Shown in pieces: positions 12,620 through 25,224 of a stretch of 64,000 nt of DNA. The stretch is from NCBI GenBank assembly GCA_965153285.1, contig OZ229110.1. The stretch is one strand, 5' to 3'. This stretch comes from Podarcis tiliguerta. Taxonomy: Eukaryota. Below the pieces are notes generated by a model. The model had not been told where the DNA came from. It did not search any database and worked only from the letters and a program-made list of their open reading frames with translations. The first letter of the stretch is position 1. Every line of letters begins with the position of its first letter. A program made the position numbers and the translations under genes.

Positions 12620-13695
12620 GTATGCAAAAATGGGATTTCAGTTTGAGGGACATTGCTCCCTGCCATACATAAACCAAATATGCCTTATTTGAGAGGACTG
12701 ATCAAACAGGTCATTCATTATTTAAAGTATTAGATAACTGTGCTGTGAACTCAAAAGTGCCAAAGCGCCAAGTTCAAATCTTTTGTAAGTGCTATAAAAA
12801 TACATAGCCTTAGGCAGGCCACTTTTTCATCACCTTAGACCGCCCCAGTGATCACCCACACAATGTATTGGAATAATCATTTTGACATGCCTTACAGGGT
12901 TTTTGTAGGGTTCCTTGAGATAAAGCATAGTATATGAAGAAGTTACATTTTGAAGTACCACATAAATATGTTGTTACAAGATCATCTGAGGTGTTTTTTG
13001 ACACTGTTTCTCATTTCCCTGCTTCCCTACATCCTCAGAATTGTACCATCTGTAGCTCCCTCAGACAGTATCCTGCATTCAATCATAACTTCATATTTTC
13101 TCCTATGTGCAGAACTGATTCCTTAAGCACAGTGCTCCCCCTGCCCCTTGAGCATATCTTTCCCATGAGGTCTTTGTCTTAACTCTTCAGTCTTCATTCC
13201 CAACTGTAGCCGGGCAAGTCTGACTGCATTTGCTCACACTCTTCTCTCCCTCCCTTTTGTTTTCTTTGCTTTATTATAGATCATATGCTCTTCATGGTTA
13301 ATGACATGTTTGTTTTTACCTCTGAAACTCTGTAAAATGTACAAAAGGTTTTTAAAGAAAATCCCTGCAGGTTGCCATCTGTTAGCAGCAGGCTGACAAG
13401 TGTAATTGTGCTAAAGCTGTTCCAGCAAATTTCAGAGGTCACAATCTCATGCACCTCACACCTACAAACAAGCCATGGACTTGGATAGATGCTGTTTACA
13501 GCATTTTACTCCTTTCCAGGGTAGCTGTGCATACAGGTTGGGAGATCTTGAGAGCATTTCATAGTTTGATAGTAATGTTGTGCTGAATCTATTGAATCAA
13601 ATCTGTCTTCAGATAAGGCATTATTATTATTAATTATGCCTTACTCTGCTCTTCTGTTTTATGTTTTTTGAACTACCTCTTTTACTCCTGTGTCT

Positions 13696-13825
13696 CAGGG
13701 GTGAGGAGCCTGTGGTCCCTCAAATGCTCTTGGACTACCATGCCCATCATCCCTTACCATTGACCATGTTGGCTGGTGCTGATGGGAGTTGGAGTTCAAC
13801 AACATCTGGAGGATCCCCACACCTG
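13696..13825. mobile_element. Palindromic hAT (Charlie-like) MITE, family A
   Basis: CAGGGGTG...CACCTG ends, hairpin body, 8-bp TSD ctgtgtct/ctgtgtat. Confidence 0.85.
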
Positions 13826-13893
13826 CTGTGTATTATGTTAAAAAAAAACAACTGGCTAATGTAGGGACTGATAATTTTTCTTTGTCTTCACAG

Positions 13894-13971
13894 GATTCTC
13901 TACCAGATAAACTGGCTGTCCATGAGAAAAATGTCAAAGAATTTGATGCCTTTGTAGAGACCTTACAGTAA
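13894..13971 (+). CDS. ATG13: ATG13 last coding exon (ULK1-binding C-terminus)
   Basis: tcacag|GAT...CAG TAA; [25 protein letters not shown]. Confidence 0.97.
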   Translation, partial: DSLPDKLAVHEKNVKEFDAFVETLQ

Positions 13972-15089
13972 AACGGCTTATTCTACAGCAGCATTGAACT
14001 TTTTAGACACCCTGGAAAAGGAAGCCCATGCATTCTGCCTTTCTTCCCTTAGTGTCTTGTTCTGTCCCCATCCCCCAATTTCGTAGGCACTATTGCTTTG
14101 CTCTGTCAGGTGCAGAAACAGTGGTCTGTATCTATTTGAACTAGTCCTTGGGAAGGGTGTGACTTGCTTTCCTACCCGTGTGAGGTTCATATTGAATACA
14201 GTGCATTAGGAAAGAAGATCAAGGCCTGTTCTTCTTCCGTTTTCTCATGTGTTGAGAGACACCGATGCTTCTTCCTCCCTCAACAGGGCTCTACAATCTG
14301 GTTTCCTGGGGACAGTCTTTTTCCCTGCATCTGCAGTAACGCCAAGCAGAAATAACTCTAACTAAATGTAACTGTCTTGTGAGCACTGTAGATTCTGCTA
14401 GCGTGGTTCAAACACCGGCTTGCCTTCAGCAAGTGCAGCTAAAACATAAGGGCAAGGGGCCGTTTTTCACCAGTGGTGCCCTAAACAAAGCAAACACAAT
14501 GTTGCACATCTGTGTGGAAACAAGAATTGAGGGGCCTGACCTGATTGTCTAGTGCAGTTTCAAAGTAAGCCACAGACGCTAAAAGAATTGTTTTTTGCAT
14601 ATTACCTGCCAACACGGTGTGTGTCAATATATTGCCTCCCCAAGACCACAAGCATGGTCTGTGGCATTTGGAGAAGATCCAGAGTTTGTAGGCTGTGTTT
14701 ACAGTCAGCAGTTGTAAATATGAATTAGGAATCCTAATTCTCTAGGGTTATTTAATTTGGGGGGGGGGTCTTTAGTCCAAAGTTCTTTCCTCTATTCCCC
14801 TCAAATGTTGCTGCTCTATCATAAAATAAGAAATATTTATTACTCTAAAGGAAACCTATATTTAAAAAAAATGTATGTGGATGCTTTCACTTTGTAAAGT
14901 AGCCATATAGGCTGCTTTGTCCTTTGTCACTGCAAGTATGTTGTTCCAAACAGCTGTCATTTCCCCCGCTCCCGTTTGCAGGGTAAACTATAATACTTAT
15001 TTTCAGAAACAGACATGGTTATGCTTTCAAAGTGATCTCTTCTGGTGACTCGATTTCCATTCTGCCCTGTTGGGTCTGTGGATGTCATA

Positions 15090-15095
15090 AATAAA
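15090..15095 (+). terminator. Probable ATG13 polyadenylation signal
   Basis: AATAAA about 1.1 kb after the stop codon; cleavage site not verifiable from DNA. Confidence 0.55.
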
Positions 15096-16142
15096 AATGC
15101 ACATGTTGATGCAGTGCACTGGTAGAAAGTTTCTAAAATGATTGTCTCTGACAGGCTTATACATTCGCTGTGATCTGCACTTAGTTAGAAAGTAGCTTTT
15201 TCAGACAAGCACATTTTAAAGAAGTTTGTGGTACTTGTTTTAATTGATGGGGTTTTGATTGGCTAAAAGTTTATTTTTGTAATGACTTAGCCATTAAGCA
15301 GTGTGATTGGCTGACATTGCTATGTGTTTGATCTGCCTGCTCTGTTCTTCACCAAATATGGGGAAGGAAAAACAACACTAAGCATCAGCTCAGGGATAAG
15401 TTAGACTCTGGGCACAACTTCTTTCTTCCTTTTCATTAGAAACCAGGCTGAGACTGCAATCCTGTGCAAACTTTCTTGCAAGTAAATCCCATTAAACTCT
15501 GTGGAAGTTAATTCTGAGGAAACATGCTTAGGATTGTACTGTAAAATGCCGAAGACCATTCCCTGCAACCTGTTATCTTATAAACTATTTCTTATGACTG
15601 TGGACATGAAGGACCATTTATGGTTTCCTGATTAAAGTAATGAGATGTTAACTTCCTGAAGTATATGGTTCCATTTCTTGTTGATGAAGGGGGTTTCTTT
15701 GTTTTAGGCAACAGCCATCATTTAACCATGTAACCTCTCTAGGTTTCTCACCCCTACTGCTGGACAGAAATGAGCTGAAGCTCCAATTTCTTGCCTTCAA
15801 GCATGTTGCTGTTTTGCATTACTAACTCTCAATACCTACTGGCAATACCTTTGCATGACACTGGTCCATGAAAAAACATGATCTAACCCCAGTCTCTGGC
15901 CTAAAGTGTTCCTGGGTAGTTGTCTTTGGCAGAATATCAGTATCAAAACTACACCTAAAAGTCTCTTGCAAAATGCCACAAACTGTTTAATGTCTGATCC
16001 AGGGCCTTCTGTGGTTTGTTAGGTGCTTTGGGAATTCTTCATCCTTCTAGCCAGACTGGAATATAGCACAATGAAATTATATTCCTATAATGACCTACAA
16101 GGTGACCAATGGTTTTCCCAAGACCAGCTGATGATGATAGTA

Positions 16143-16388
16143 CAGTGGTACCTCTAGTTACGAACTTAATTCGTTCCGGAGGTCCGTTCTTAACCTGAAA
16201 CTGTTCTTAACTAGAGGCGTGCTTTCGCTAATGGGGCCTCTTGCTGCCGCTGCGCCGCCAGCACACGATTTCCATTCTCATCCTGGGGCAAAGTTCTCAA
16301 CTTGAGGTAACTCTTCCATGTTAGCAGAGTTTGTAACCTGAATCATTTGTAACCTGAGGCGTTTGTAACTCGAGGTATGGTACCACTG
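16143..16388. mobile_element. Tc1/mariner (Tigger-like) MITE
   Basis: TA|CAGTGGTACC...GGTACCACTG|TA. Confidence 0.9.
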
Positions 16389-16978
16389 TACTGCTATGGA
16401 GATAATGTCTACATAAGTTGGCTTTAGTGCACTGACAAGAGAATCTGTTAAGGGAACATCTGCCTGCTCTCTGGTTAGTTACTTGCAGAGTGGCTGATCC
16501 CGCTGCAATGATCAAGTGACATTTGCCTCCCTACCAGCCAAATTATAGTTACTAGATCACTCGTAACTATTTTTTGCAGCTTCCCCCTGAAGTTTCTCCA
16601 TATGATGGCAATGCCTGTATAGTTTCTCCTCTTCGCGCCAAGATGCTGCAATAGTTAAAGGAAGTTAGCCAGTTGCTGCCTGTCCCATTTGCTTCAGACC
16701 AATATATCTCTGCACAGAACTGCCATGGAAGGGCCCAATAAATACAGATGTGCCTCTATGCACAGAATATGCAGCGCTGCTGGGTTTTTTATACTGCTTT
16801 CTTTGTGGTTTTCCAAGTCTTGCTACTTGGTTCAGTTTAAGAGTAAATTATTCCTTAGTTAGACCTGATCAAGATATTAATTTACTAATGTAGAACGGGG
16901 ATCCAGTTTTTTTCAGACTTTCAAAGATAGATATCTTACTGCCCCTTATGTGGTACTTTATTGCAGTAAATGAGAATA

Positions 16979-17172
16979 CAGTGGAACTCGGGTTAATTCG
17001 TTCTGGAGGTCTGTTCTTAACCCGAAACTGTTCTTAAGGTACCACTTTAGCTAATGGGGCCGCCCGCTGCTGCCACTGCACCATTCTCATACTGAAGCAA
17101 AGTTCTTAACCCAAGGTACTATTTCTGGCTTAGCAGAGTAATCTGAAGCGTCTGTAACCCGAGGTACCACTG
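16979..17172. mobile_element. Second copy of the Tigger-like MITE family
   Basis: TA|CAGTGGAACTCGGGTTA...CCCGAGGTACCACTG|TA; body similar to 16143-16388. Confidence 0.88.
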
Positions 17173-17489
17173 TACATAGCTAATAATTTACAAGTGTTTT
17201 GGTTAAAAGGAAAAGGGTCCTCAATTATATTTCTTTGGAACTAATTTTCAAGAGTTACTTCAACCTGTATTCATATACTTTCCAATAAAAATGTTATGTA
17301 ACTTACTTGAGCTGTCAGCCAGAGGCCTAGTGAAAAGTCTTATTTTAAAGAGATAAGTGGTGGAGCTGCTGGAAAATGCTAACTCTTCAACTACTTTAGT
17401 TACTGAAATACAATTTCATTTTTTAAAAAATCAACATGGTTTACAGCAATTCTATATACACAATAAAAACATTTAAAATCACAGGTCAT

Positions 17490-17965
17490 CAACTACCTAT
17501 ATTCCAGACAGTGTTTTTCTTATTATGCATATGTCTGATGCCATCAAAAGGTTTTGAAGGTGAATATTGAATATACCTATTCAATCTCCAGTGGAAGAGT
17601 ATTCCACAGGATTGGGCCAATGGCATGAAAGACTTGGTTTCTTGTTGGTGTCAAATAAGCCATACCAGGGGATGACCAGCAATGTGCCTACAGAGGCACT
17701 CAGTAGTTGAGCTGGTTCAGATGGTCCCAAAGGTACATCAGGCCCAAGTTGTTTAGTGTTTGTAAATTAACTACCAAGCCAAGTTCAACATCCTTGTATT
17801 AACAGGCAACCAGTGTAGATGTTTTAAGTAGTGTTGTCAGCCATGTGCCCCCATCAGTCTAGCTACCGCAATCTGCACCAGCTGGAGGTTCTGCATCAGG
17901 CCCAAGGGCCAGCCACAGAAAGTTCATTGGCATGATCAAGCCTTGAGGTTACCAACACAGAAGTT
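17490..17965 (-). mobile_element. L2 LINE ORF2 3' fragment, decayed
   Basis: Minus strand gives LVTSRLD..N..LQLVQ-like remnants and LHWLPV (cactggttgcctgtt). Confidence 0.7.
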
Positions 17966-18700
17966 GGTGGTAGTGCCATTCTTAAACCAAAAGCCAGTAA
18001 AAAAAGGGGGGGGTCAAAGGCAGGGGCACATCCTCCCTTCACACAGGGGAAAACATTTGCCATACCCATTATCTAGCAAAGATTGATTTTCACCAGCTTT
18101 CACTTGGGGGAACATGATTGCCTGGGAAATGATCAGCTATGAGTTCAGGTTGGTGAACGTAAGATGAATAAACCTTAAAACTAGGAACTTGGTGCTAGTG
18201 ATGTTGAAGATGAATATACTATATTAAATACAGTGGGTCCACATGAGGGTTCAGTTCCTCACTCAAAGTCAAGATTATGCACTCCCCTAAGCCCAGTAAA
18301 CAAGGAATACCCTGCTGGGGGTGCGGGATAAATATGCACAGGGGAGGATTTCCCCAGCTCTATTCCTCATCTGCATAAGGTGATTGCACAAGTAAAACAA
18401 GCACAAGCTGCAGGTTTACTGTATATAGCACAGACAGCTATGAAGTAAGTAATGTAACAAAGTACAGCCTGAATAAAAGGTGGAAAAGCCCCATGATCCA
18501 TTTACACCTACCAGACAGTGCTACACTGGGCAAAGGATGAACAAATAACCTTCTCCCTGAAGGGGATTAGATATGCATTTCACCACTTACTGTATTGTTG
18601 TATAGGCACCAGGTGGATGATACTAATCAGTCTCTTTTGTTGACTGATTCTAGAACAACGCATTGAAGAAAAACACCAAAACTGGTATTGGCTTTGGGTT

Positions 18701-18706
18701 TTTATT
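18701..18706 (-). terminator. Probable ARHGAP1 polyadenylation signal (3'UTR ~3.6 kb)
   Basis: AATAAA on the minus strand, with UGUA 4 nt upstream and U/GU-rich sequence downstream. Confidence 0.65.
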
Positions 18707-18977
18707 GAAGTACAAAAAGTGCAAACTGTGAAATACAAGATTGGTACCATTAGAAGGAAATAAACATGGGTGTGTAAATTAATGTCACAGTAAAAATAAA
18801 AATAAAAAACCCCAGCCCTGCTCCCAATAAACATCAATGAGAACAAAAATGCAAGATAACAGCAACAAAAAGCAAAGCTGTAAACTCTGCATACAGACCC
18901 CAGTGGAGAACACGCAACCAGGGGTCACTTGGCCATCAAAGACCTCTGCTGAGTCAGCAAAGAGACTTGCCATAAGG

Positions 18978-19112
18978 CAAAGGTGGAAAACCGGCGGCCT
19001 TCCAGATGTTGCTGGATCACAATTCCCATCATCCCTGAAAACTGGCCAGGCTAGCTATGGCTAATGGGTACTGGAGTCCAACATCTGGAGGACCACAGGT
19101 TCCCCACTCCTA
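18978..19112. mobile_element. Palindromic hAT MITE family A inside ARHGAP1 3'UTR
   Basis: Hairpin arms tccagatgttg/caacatctgga; TSD ccataagg/ccacaagg. Confidence 0.85.
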
Positions 19113-22042
19113 CCACAAGGCATCCAATTAGCTTCAGCATAAGCAGCAGCACGCATAAGCTGTTCTCACTACAGATACATTACTGACTGCTAGAGGTGAG
19201 AGCACAGAGTGTATTCAGGGGGTACCAAGACACTGATGGGCTTTATTAGGCAAGCAAAGGATACAATAGAGATGGAGCGCTCCACCCACAGAAGCACTGT
19301 GGCCAATATCTAACATGGAAGCTACATGACAAGGAGGCAGCCAAGCAGGTGTAGCACTGGAAGTTTGCAGGAGGACAGAAAACAATGTGCAGCCATGGCA
19401 ATCTAACCAGCTCTTGGCCTCTATTACAAGAGGAACATGGAAGGACATAATTGGCCCTTTGAGATGCTGGTCTTCTAGTAATTCCAACCACTTGCTTGGA
19501 TGCCTACCATCCTAATTCAGACAGCACACATGGCAGCAATCAAAAAAAGGGAAGGGGAAGGAAGTTCGGAGTTAACTGGCCAAAGATGCAAACTTAATTC
19601 GTAGGGTGCAGTCAGGCCTAGCATGCAGCTCCACCAATCGCCCACAATGGTAAGAGATTTGAAAATGGAAAAAAAAATGGTGAGGGGAGAGGGCAATGAG
19701 GCAAAGCAGACATTGCTGCCATGTATGTACTCCAGGTGTCCTGGAAGCTCCCACAAAGTAGGGAAAGCAACAGAGCTATTTTACACTGGCTTACTTGCAG
19801 GGCTTTGTGAGTGCACTTTTAACAGTGTGCAGTAGCTAGCAATACAAAGATTTGCAATGTGTTTGGGGGTGGGGGAAATCACACACGCACACAAATTGGG
19901 AATCTGTGGACTTCATAAAAGCGTTACTGGGCAGCTATGACAGCACTTTCTCCCTCCTGCCTGATCTTGCTCCTAATCCTAAAAGAAGATGAGGAATTCA
20001 TGTTACAGTGCAGTGGCTGAACCTGCAGCCTTGTGTCCTAAAGTGCCTGGGCCTTCCATTTCCGAGGCAATGATTTCCATGGAAACCAGCTGCTTCTCCT
20101 TCCAACCTGGGAACTCTGAACAGGAGCGAGCAAGTTAACTATGCTAAACTATTCTATACAAGAGACACTAGAAGGCAAAAGGCTCTTGCTCCTCCCATTG
20201 GCGTTCACTTGTTAGTGTTCTTGGTGAAAGCCTCTCCATGTCTCAGCTAAACAGAAAAATCAATATTCCCAACTGCTGTGTTGTTCCAAAATTTCGAACT
20301 AAGTTTATATGTTATCAGACCGAACACTTCCTATATGCTGACTGATCCTGTACCTTACGTAGGATGATGAACTCTGACCAACACATTAGTCAGCATAATA
20401 GTGTCAAGCACTTCAGTTCACCATTTCCAGCCATCTGTGACAGATGTGGAATCCAATTCACTGGATCTGGCTGGGCTACGGGCACTGATAATTCACATGC
20501 AGATTTTAGTGCTGATCATTTGTTACTTTAAAACCATAGCACAGGCCTTCCTTTATTCAGTAGCCTACTGTGCATTTACAAAACACACCTTGCCAGCTTC
20601 CCTCTAACTGTCTTGTGACAGGAAGCCACAGGTTCTGGGAAGGTGGAGAAAAGCACCTCCAACTTCTCTGTAATCCTGTGAAACTCCAAGCTTGCTATTT
20701 TACAGGGCCAACTAATGGGTTGGGTGTGGACAAAATAGCCTTACGACAGTTGGCAGTAATACATTGCGAAAATGCACTTTTACAACACTATTAAAAAGCA
20801 AAAGCTTCTATAGGCTCAGCAGAAAACTGCTATTTTTGAGAGAACACATTTGGCTTAAAACTTATGTGCTTGGGCCAATGGCTTAGCCTAGTCTAGAGTT
20901 CAGAATAATTCAGCTTTCTGATCTGAAAGGGGGAACAACTCACATAGGCAAGAATCTATGGAATAACCATACTGCACGGCTGCATAACCTTTCTCAGGGT
21001 CAGAGAAAAGAGCAGCAATGCTTCCTATCTCCATGTGCCAAGGAAACAAAGGGTCCAGCAGAGCCATTCTGGTATTCGTAAAACAACTATATTTCAGCTC
21101 AACAAGGACACAATGGCAGTGGTCCTTCAGCGAGAAAACTCACCTTCCCCTAATTATGGCACAGGATTGCCCAGTAGATTGGGGCAAGGAGGTTTCTGCA
21201 TAAGGTTCTTGAGTTTGGCCTCAGTGATCTGTCTTTTGCTTGAGTGTGCTCTCATCACAATGGTAAGGCAGCAGCAACCAGAGGCACAGATGTCTGTGCT
21301 TCAGTTACAGGAATGGGCAGTGTTTTAATCTGGCCTTTGGCATTTTGAAGAGCTAATACCCCCACAGCAGGCACCCCCTGGAAGACTCCTACCGTCTGGC
21401 AGGGGGGAGAGCAAAACACACACAAAATCACTATTCCCCCCCCCCCCAAAAAAAGGAAAACCTTAATGGCAAGGCCAGTTTCACAGAGACACTCTCTTCA
21501 GAAGGGCATTACAAAAAGATAGAGTGGGCTCCACAATATCTGAGGGCACTAACCTTTAAATCATGGCAGGGAAATTGTAACAGCACCTACCACAAGTGCT
21601 AGAGTTCCTTGAAATGTACAAATAGCTCTATATTCAGAGAAACATGGGCACTTCCAGGACAAAGCAATCTTCTTTTATACCCCATGTTTTCCATAGGGCT
21701 AGGGGTCAGCTTTCCCATCAAGGGTAGCAAGCTGGTTGTGTTCAGTAGCGGCCGCAGCCTTCCAAAATGGGAATGCTCAGAACTGACTTGGGTGCATGTG
21801 GAGAACCAATGTGAGCCAAAGAAGAGAAGTAGAAATAGATTCCTCTCAGCCAAAGGGCCACTGCAGCAACACATATTAGTCCAGATCACACAGGCACCAA
21901 GAGGTAGGGATTCTGCTGGGGTACAAGAAGAGCTACTTGATGGGAGCAATTTGGGAAAGGAAGGGAACTGAAGGAATTAAGAGGAATCTGGACACTCCAC
22001 TTCTAGAGATGGGGAGGCCAGCTTCCCAGCCCACTTGACCAC

Positions 22043-22044
<2 letters not shown>

Positions 22045-22090
<46 letters not shown>

Positions 22091-22272
22091 ATGCACACGT
22101 GTACACACACACACACACACTCAATGCCATCTCCTACTCCTATTTCACTCCACTCATCACCTTATGCTTTTCTAAGCTTGGCCACGGTTCCAAGATAAAG
22201 TAGAAAGGAAAAGGGGAGGGGGAGGGAAGGAAGGAAGGAAGGAAGGAAGGAAGGAAGGAAGGAAGGAAGGAA
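22045..22272. repeat. Microsatellite cluster (TC)n, (AC)n, (GGAA)n at the start of the ARHGAP1 3'UTR
   Basis: Directly visible. Confidence 0.95.
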
Positions 22273-22318
22273 GTGGTCACAGTGGACACATGGTGTGTCA
22301 GCACAAACGGGCTCTCAA

Positions 22319-22498
22319 TCAAGCCTCCAGGCTCTGGAAAAGCTCCCTCTGGTTGTCCAGTAGGAATTTGCTGAACGTATTGATAGGATTAATGGCTTTG
22401 AGGGTAATGGCTGCATCTTTGGCCCACAGCAGGTTTGGGCCAAAAACGACGGCCAGGTTAGTGTTGGTCATCCTGTTGATGTCGCTGTTAGCAGAGAC
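22319..22498 (-). CDS. ARHGAP1: ARHGAP1 last coding exon
   Basis: acatag|GTC...; VSANSDINRMTNTNLAVVFGPNLLWAKDAAITLKAINPINTFSKFLLDNQRELFQSLEA*. Confidence 0.97.
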   Translation of the reverse strand, partial: VSANSDINRMTNTNLAVVFGPNLLWAKDAAITLKAINPINTFSKFLLDNQRELFQSLEA

Positions 22499-23092
22499 CT
22501 ATGTAGGAGGGAGGAAGAAAATACTTCACTTTAGAGACAAATATATTTTGATTCTGTCTTCCCTAGTTCCTCACCATCTGCCTCTAGAGAACTCTAGGCT
22601 TATACACAAAGGAACATCCAATGGAAAGCATGCATGAAGAGATAATTTGCAGACGAGACACTAAAACGTGGCAGCAATCGTTCTTGCTTCTTCACAGGCT
22701 GGAAATTTTAGCCTGAAACTGTTCTTCTATTGATTAATGGAAATAAAACCTACTTTTAAACCAACTCCTTCTTTAATCATTTAGGCTTCAAGCTTTCAGA
22801 GAAAAGCATTAACAGATTACTTAAATGGCAAAACAGATGTTGTAAATCATAGCCTTTTGCGGGGTGTAACAGCAACAACCCCACCCCATTGGCTGTCCCC
22901 AGCATCAAGTATCCAGATGTACTTCTGAACACACAGGAGCCATTTAGTCACTATAGTTCGCAAATTCACAAGAGAGAAAAGCCTAATTCAGCCTGAAAGC
23001 CATTTAAGCCCGTTCCTATCACCGTATCTTGTGGCAGCGAATCTCAGATGTTGCATATATGTTGTGCAAAGAAATGCTTTGGGACAGCTCAC

Positions 23093-23196
23093 CTGCACAA
23101 GGAAGGACATCAGTGAACACAGCACTTGGTAATTTTCTTCCGGGAGACTCTGGAGGGTTTTGCGAACAATATCTACACGCTTTTCTTCCTCTACAC
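23093..23196 (-). CDS. ARHGAP1: ARHGAP1 exon (RhoGAP)
   Basis: ttccag|...CAG|gtgagc; VEEEKRVDIVRKTLQSLPEENYQVLCSLMSFLVQ. Confidence 0.96.
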
Positions 23197-23287
23197 CTGG
23201 AAAGAAAAGCAAGTGGGGCATTTATACCAGCAAGCAAAGTCCTAGCTTTCATGTGGAGAGATGGAATGCAGAGGAAAAGCCCTCAAA

Positions 23288-23494
23288 AAGTCATACCTTG
23301 GATCCCAAACGCCTTGCAAGTCAAATGTTTTGACTCCTGAACGCCGCAAACCCGGAAGCGAGTGTTCCGGTTTGTGAATGTTCTTTGGAACCCGAATGTC
23401 CGATGGGGCTTCCGCAGCTTCCAATTGGCTGCAGGAGCTTGGAAGTTGAACAGACTTCTGGAATGGATTCCGTTCAACTTCCAAGGTATGACTG
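23288..23494. mobile_element. Tigger-like MITE
   Basis: TIR (c)AGTCATACCTTGGA / TCCAAGGTATGACTG followed by TA. Confidence 0.75.
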
Positions 23495-23637
23495 TACTAG
23501 AATTAGGACTTTTACTATGCTTCCCTGGGAAAGCGTAATACAGCCAATCTGCTGTGAGAGTACAGCACAACTCTGGGTAGAGCTTATTTAGAGGAGTTTT
23601 CTGCTTTGGGATCAGGACACTCTTGGTAGCCACTCAC

Positions 23638-23766
23638 TGTAGAAATTGACGACGTCATTGTAGAGACCAAAGGTGAGGAGAGGCTCAGGCAGCTCCCGCA
23701 AGAAGGTCTTGAGAATCACAGCTGGCAGGTGCACGTCCTCATATTGCACAAAGTCCACAGGCAGCC
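23638..23766 (-). CDS. ARHGAP1: ARHGAP1 exon (RhoGAP)
   Basis: taccag|...A|gtgagt; [42 protein letters not shown]. Confidence 0.97.
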
Positions 23767-24336
23767 CTGGTAAGAAAGTGGATAGGTTCAAAGCCATAAC
23801 TAGAGCACCAGGGCTGAACCCCCTCCACCTGGCAGAATAAGGAACTTATCCAAAGACCGGGAACTAGAGGCAGAAGCATGGCAGGAGCAGGTAAACACAC
23901 TGTCAAAAAAAAAAGGATCAGTGGTACTCATTCCTCCTCCAAAGCAGCAATCATTAGGAGCATTGGAAGAATTGCTTCAAAAATACCAGCAACAGGATTC
24001 CAGCAAATATTAGGGAAATGGAGAGACACACACCCCAGAGGATGAAACAGAGGAAACACATTATACATTGATCAAACATAATTGCTGTGGAAGGTTAAGC
24101 ACCTCCTTTATCCAGGGGGTATAGATTTAGACTGGAATAGGTTTATGTCAAAAGGAATAAACTCCTTGGATTCCAGCCAAGTTTCAATCAGAGATCTATT
24201 CAGAAATTAAAGCACGTTGTGGGAGGGCACAAGTCCAAAGTGCTAAGGGCAGATTTGGGGCCTAGACAAAAAGAATGGTGGTAAGGGGCAGTGGAGTAGC
24301 TTAAGCAGACTTCTGGAACCTAATGCAGGCACTTAC

Positions 24337-24414
24337 CCATATTATATTTCTGCTGAACTTCTCTGACTGTCTGGGTGTTTGCTGATCGTCGGAAAATCCC
24401 CTCTGTGTTAAGAG
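24337..24414 (-). CDS. ARHGAP1: ARHGAP1 exon (RhoGAP arginine finger)
   Basis: ccccag|...G|gtaagt; [25 protein letters not shown]. Confidence 0.97.
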
Positions 24415-24801
24415 CTGGGGACAAAGAGAAACAGAAGAGCACAGTCTCAGGGAAGACCTACCACACATAACAGCAAGTCTTTCCAATATCACAGGACAAG
24501 GACATCCTGAAAGCCACATGCACAGGGACACTTGCATGGGAACAGCTATGCAGAAGGCACTTGGGGAATTAGGTTAGTAGAATCCCTCAGCTCCCTAGTG
24601 TTCAATTTTGCTGTGTCTTTCTGAAGACCACAATCAAATGACAAGAAAGATAGTAAGATGGGCAGTGGAAAAAGAATGAGTCTGTGCTAAGGCATCTTAA
24701 AAAGGCTAGGCTGATGCAACAGAAGGGTGCTGTTGGGAGACAAAGGACAGTGGATGTAGCAACAAGACAAGTCAGAAGAGGTTTCTTCCTAGCTCACTCA
24801 C

Positions 24802-24878
24802 CATGCTGCTGCAGATAGGCAATGGTCTCCCTTACCACAAGTGGAATGGGATTCTGATCCAAGCTCTTCTCCCGTAAG
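24802..24878 (-). CDS. ARHGAP1: ARHGAP1 exon (RhoGAP)
   Basis: caacag|...G|gtgagt; LREKSLDQNPIPLVVRETIAYLQQH. Confidence 0.96.
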
Positions 24879-25116
24879 CTGTTGAGAAAGGAGAAGCTTA
24901 GACTCTTCCTGTCACTTCCCCCAAAGAAACATCTTTGAATCAGACATAATATCCAGTGTATCACTGGCCCTGATCTAGAAAGCTCAAGGCTAGCAAAAGT
25001 CAAGGTAACCACAGGTGCCGATTCAAGATGATTGGAAAGCATTTCCAGAACTACCCACAGATAGACTATAGGTATCACTGGTCCACCAAGAAAAGAAAAA
25101 AGATGAGGATACTCAC

Positions 25117-25224
25117 TGCTGGAGAGAAACTCCAAACTGTTGGTTCGGCAGAGGTGGACGTGGTGGGGTTACTTTCTGAGGCACTTGGGAGGGCTTCTGC
25201 AGGGATCTCAGATATTCATCATAC
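25117..25224 (-). CDS. ARHGAP1: ARHGAP1 exon (proline-rich SH3-binding linker)
   Basis: ctgtag|...CA|gtgagt; YDEYLRSLQKPSQVPQKVTPPRPPLPNQQFGVSLQ. Confidence 0.97.

Larger units (their letters stand above)
328..13971 (+). other. ATG13: ATG13 gene, 3' portion (14 coding exons in window, 5' end outside window)
   Basis: join(328-374,1654-1794,2491-2531,2945-3041,3332-3430,4668-4755,6334-6432,8134-8244,8776-8915,10904-11021,11339-11416,11596-11712,12491-12619,13894-13971) = 1383 nt, one open frame from GDSMELEIWCLE to [10 protein letters not shown], matching vertebrate ATG13; all introns GT-AG. Confidence 0.98.
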
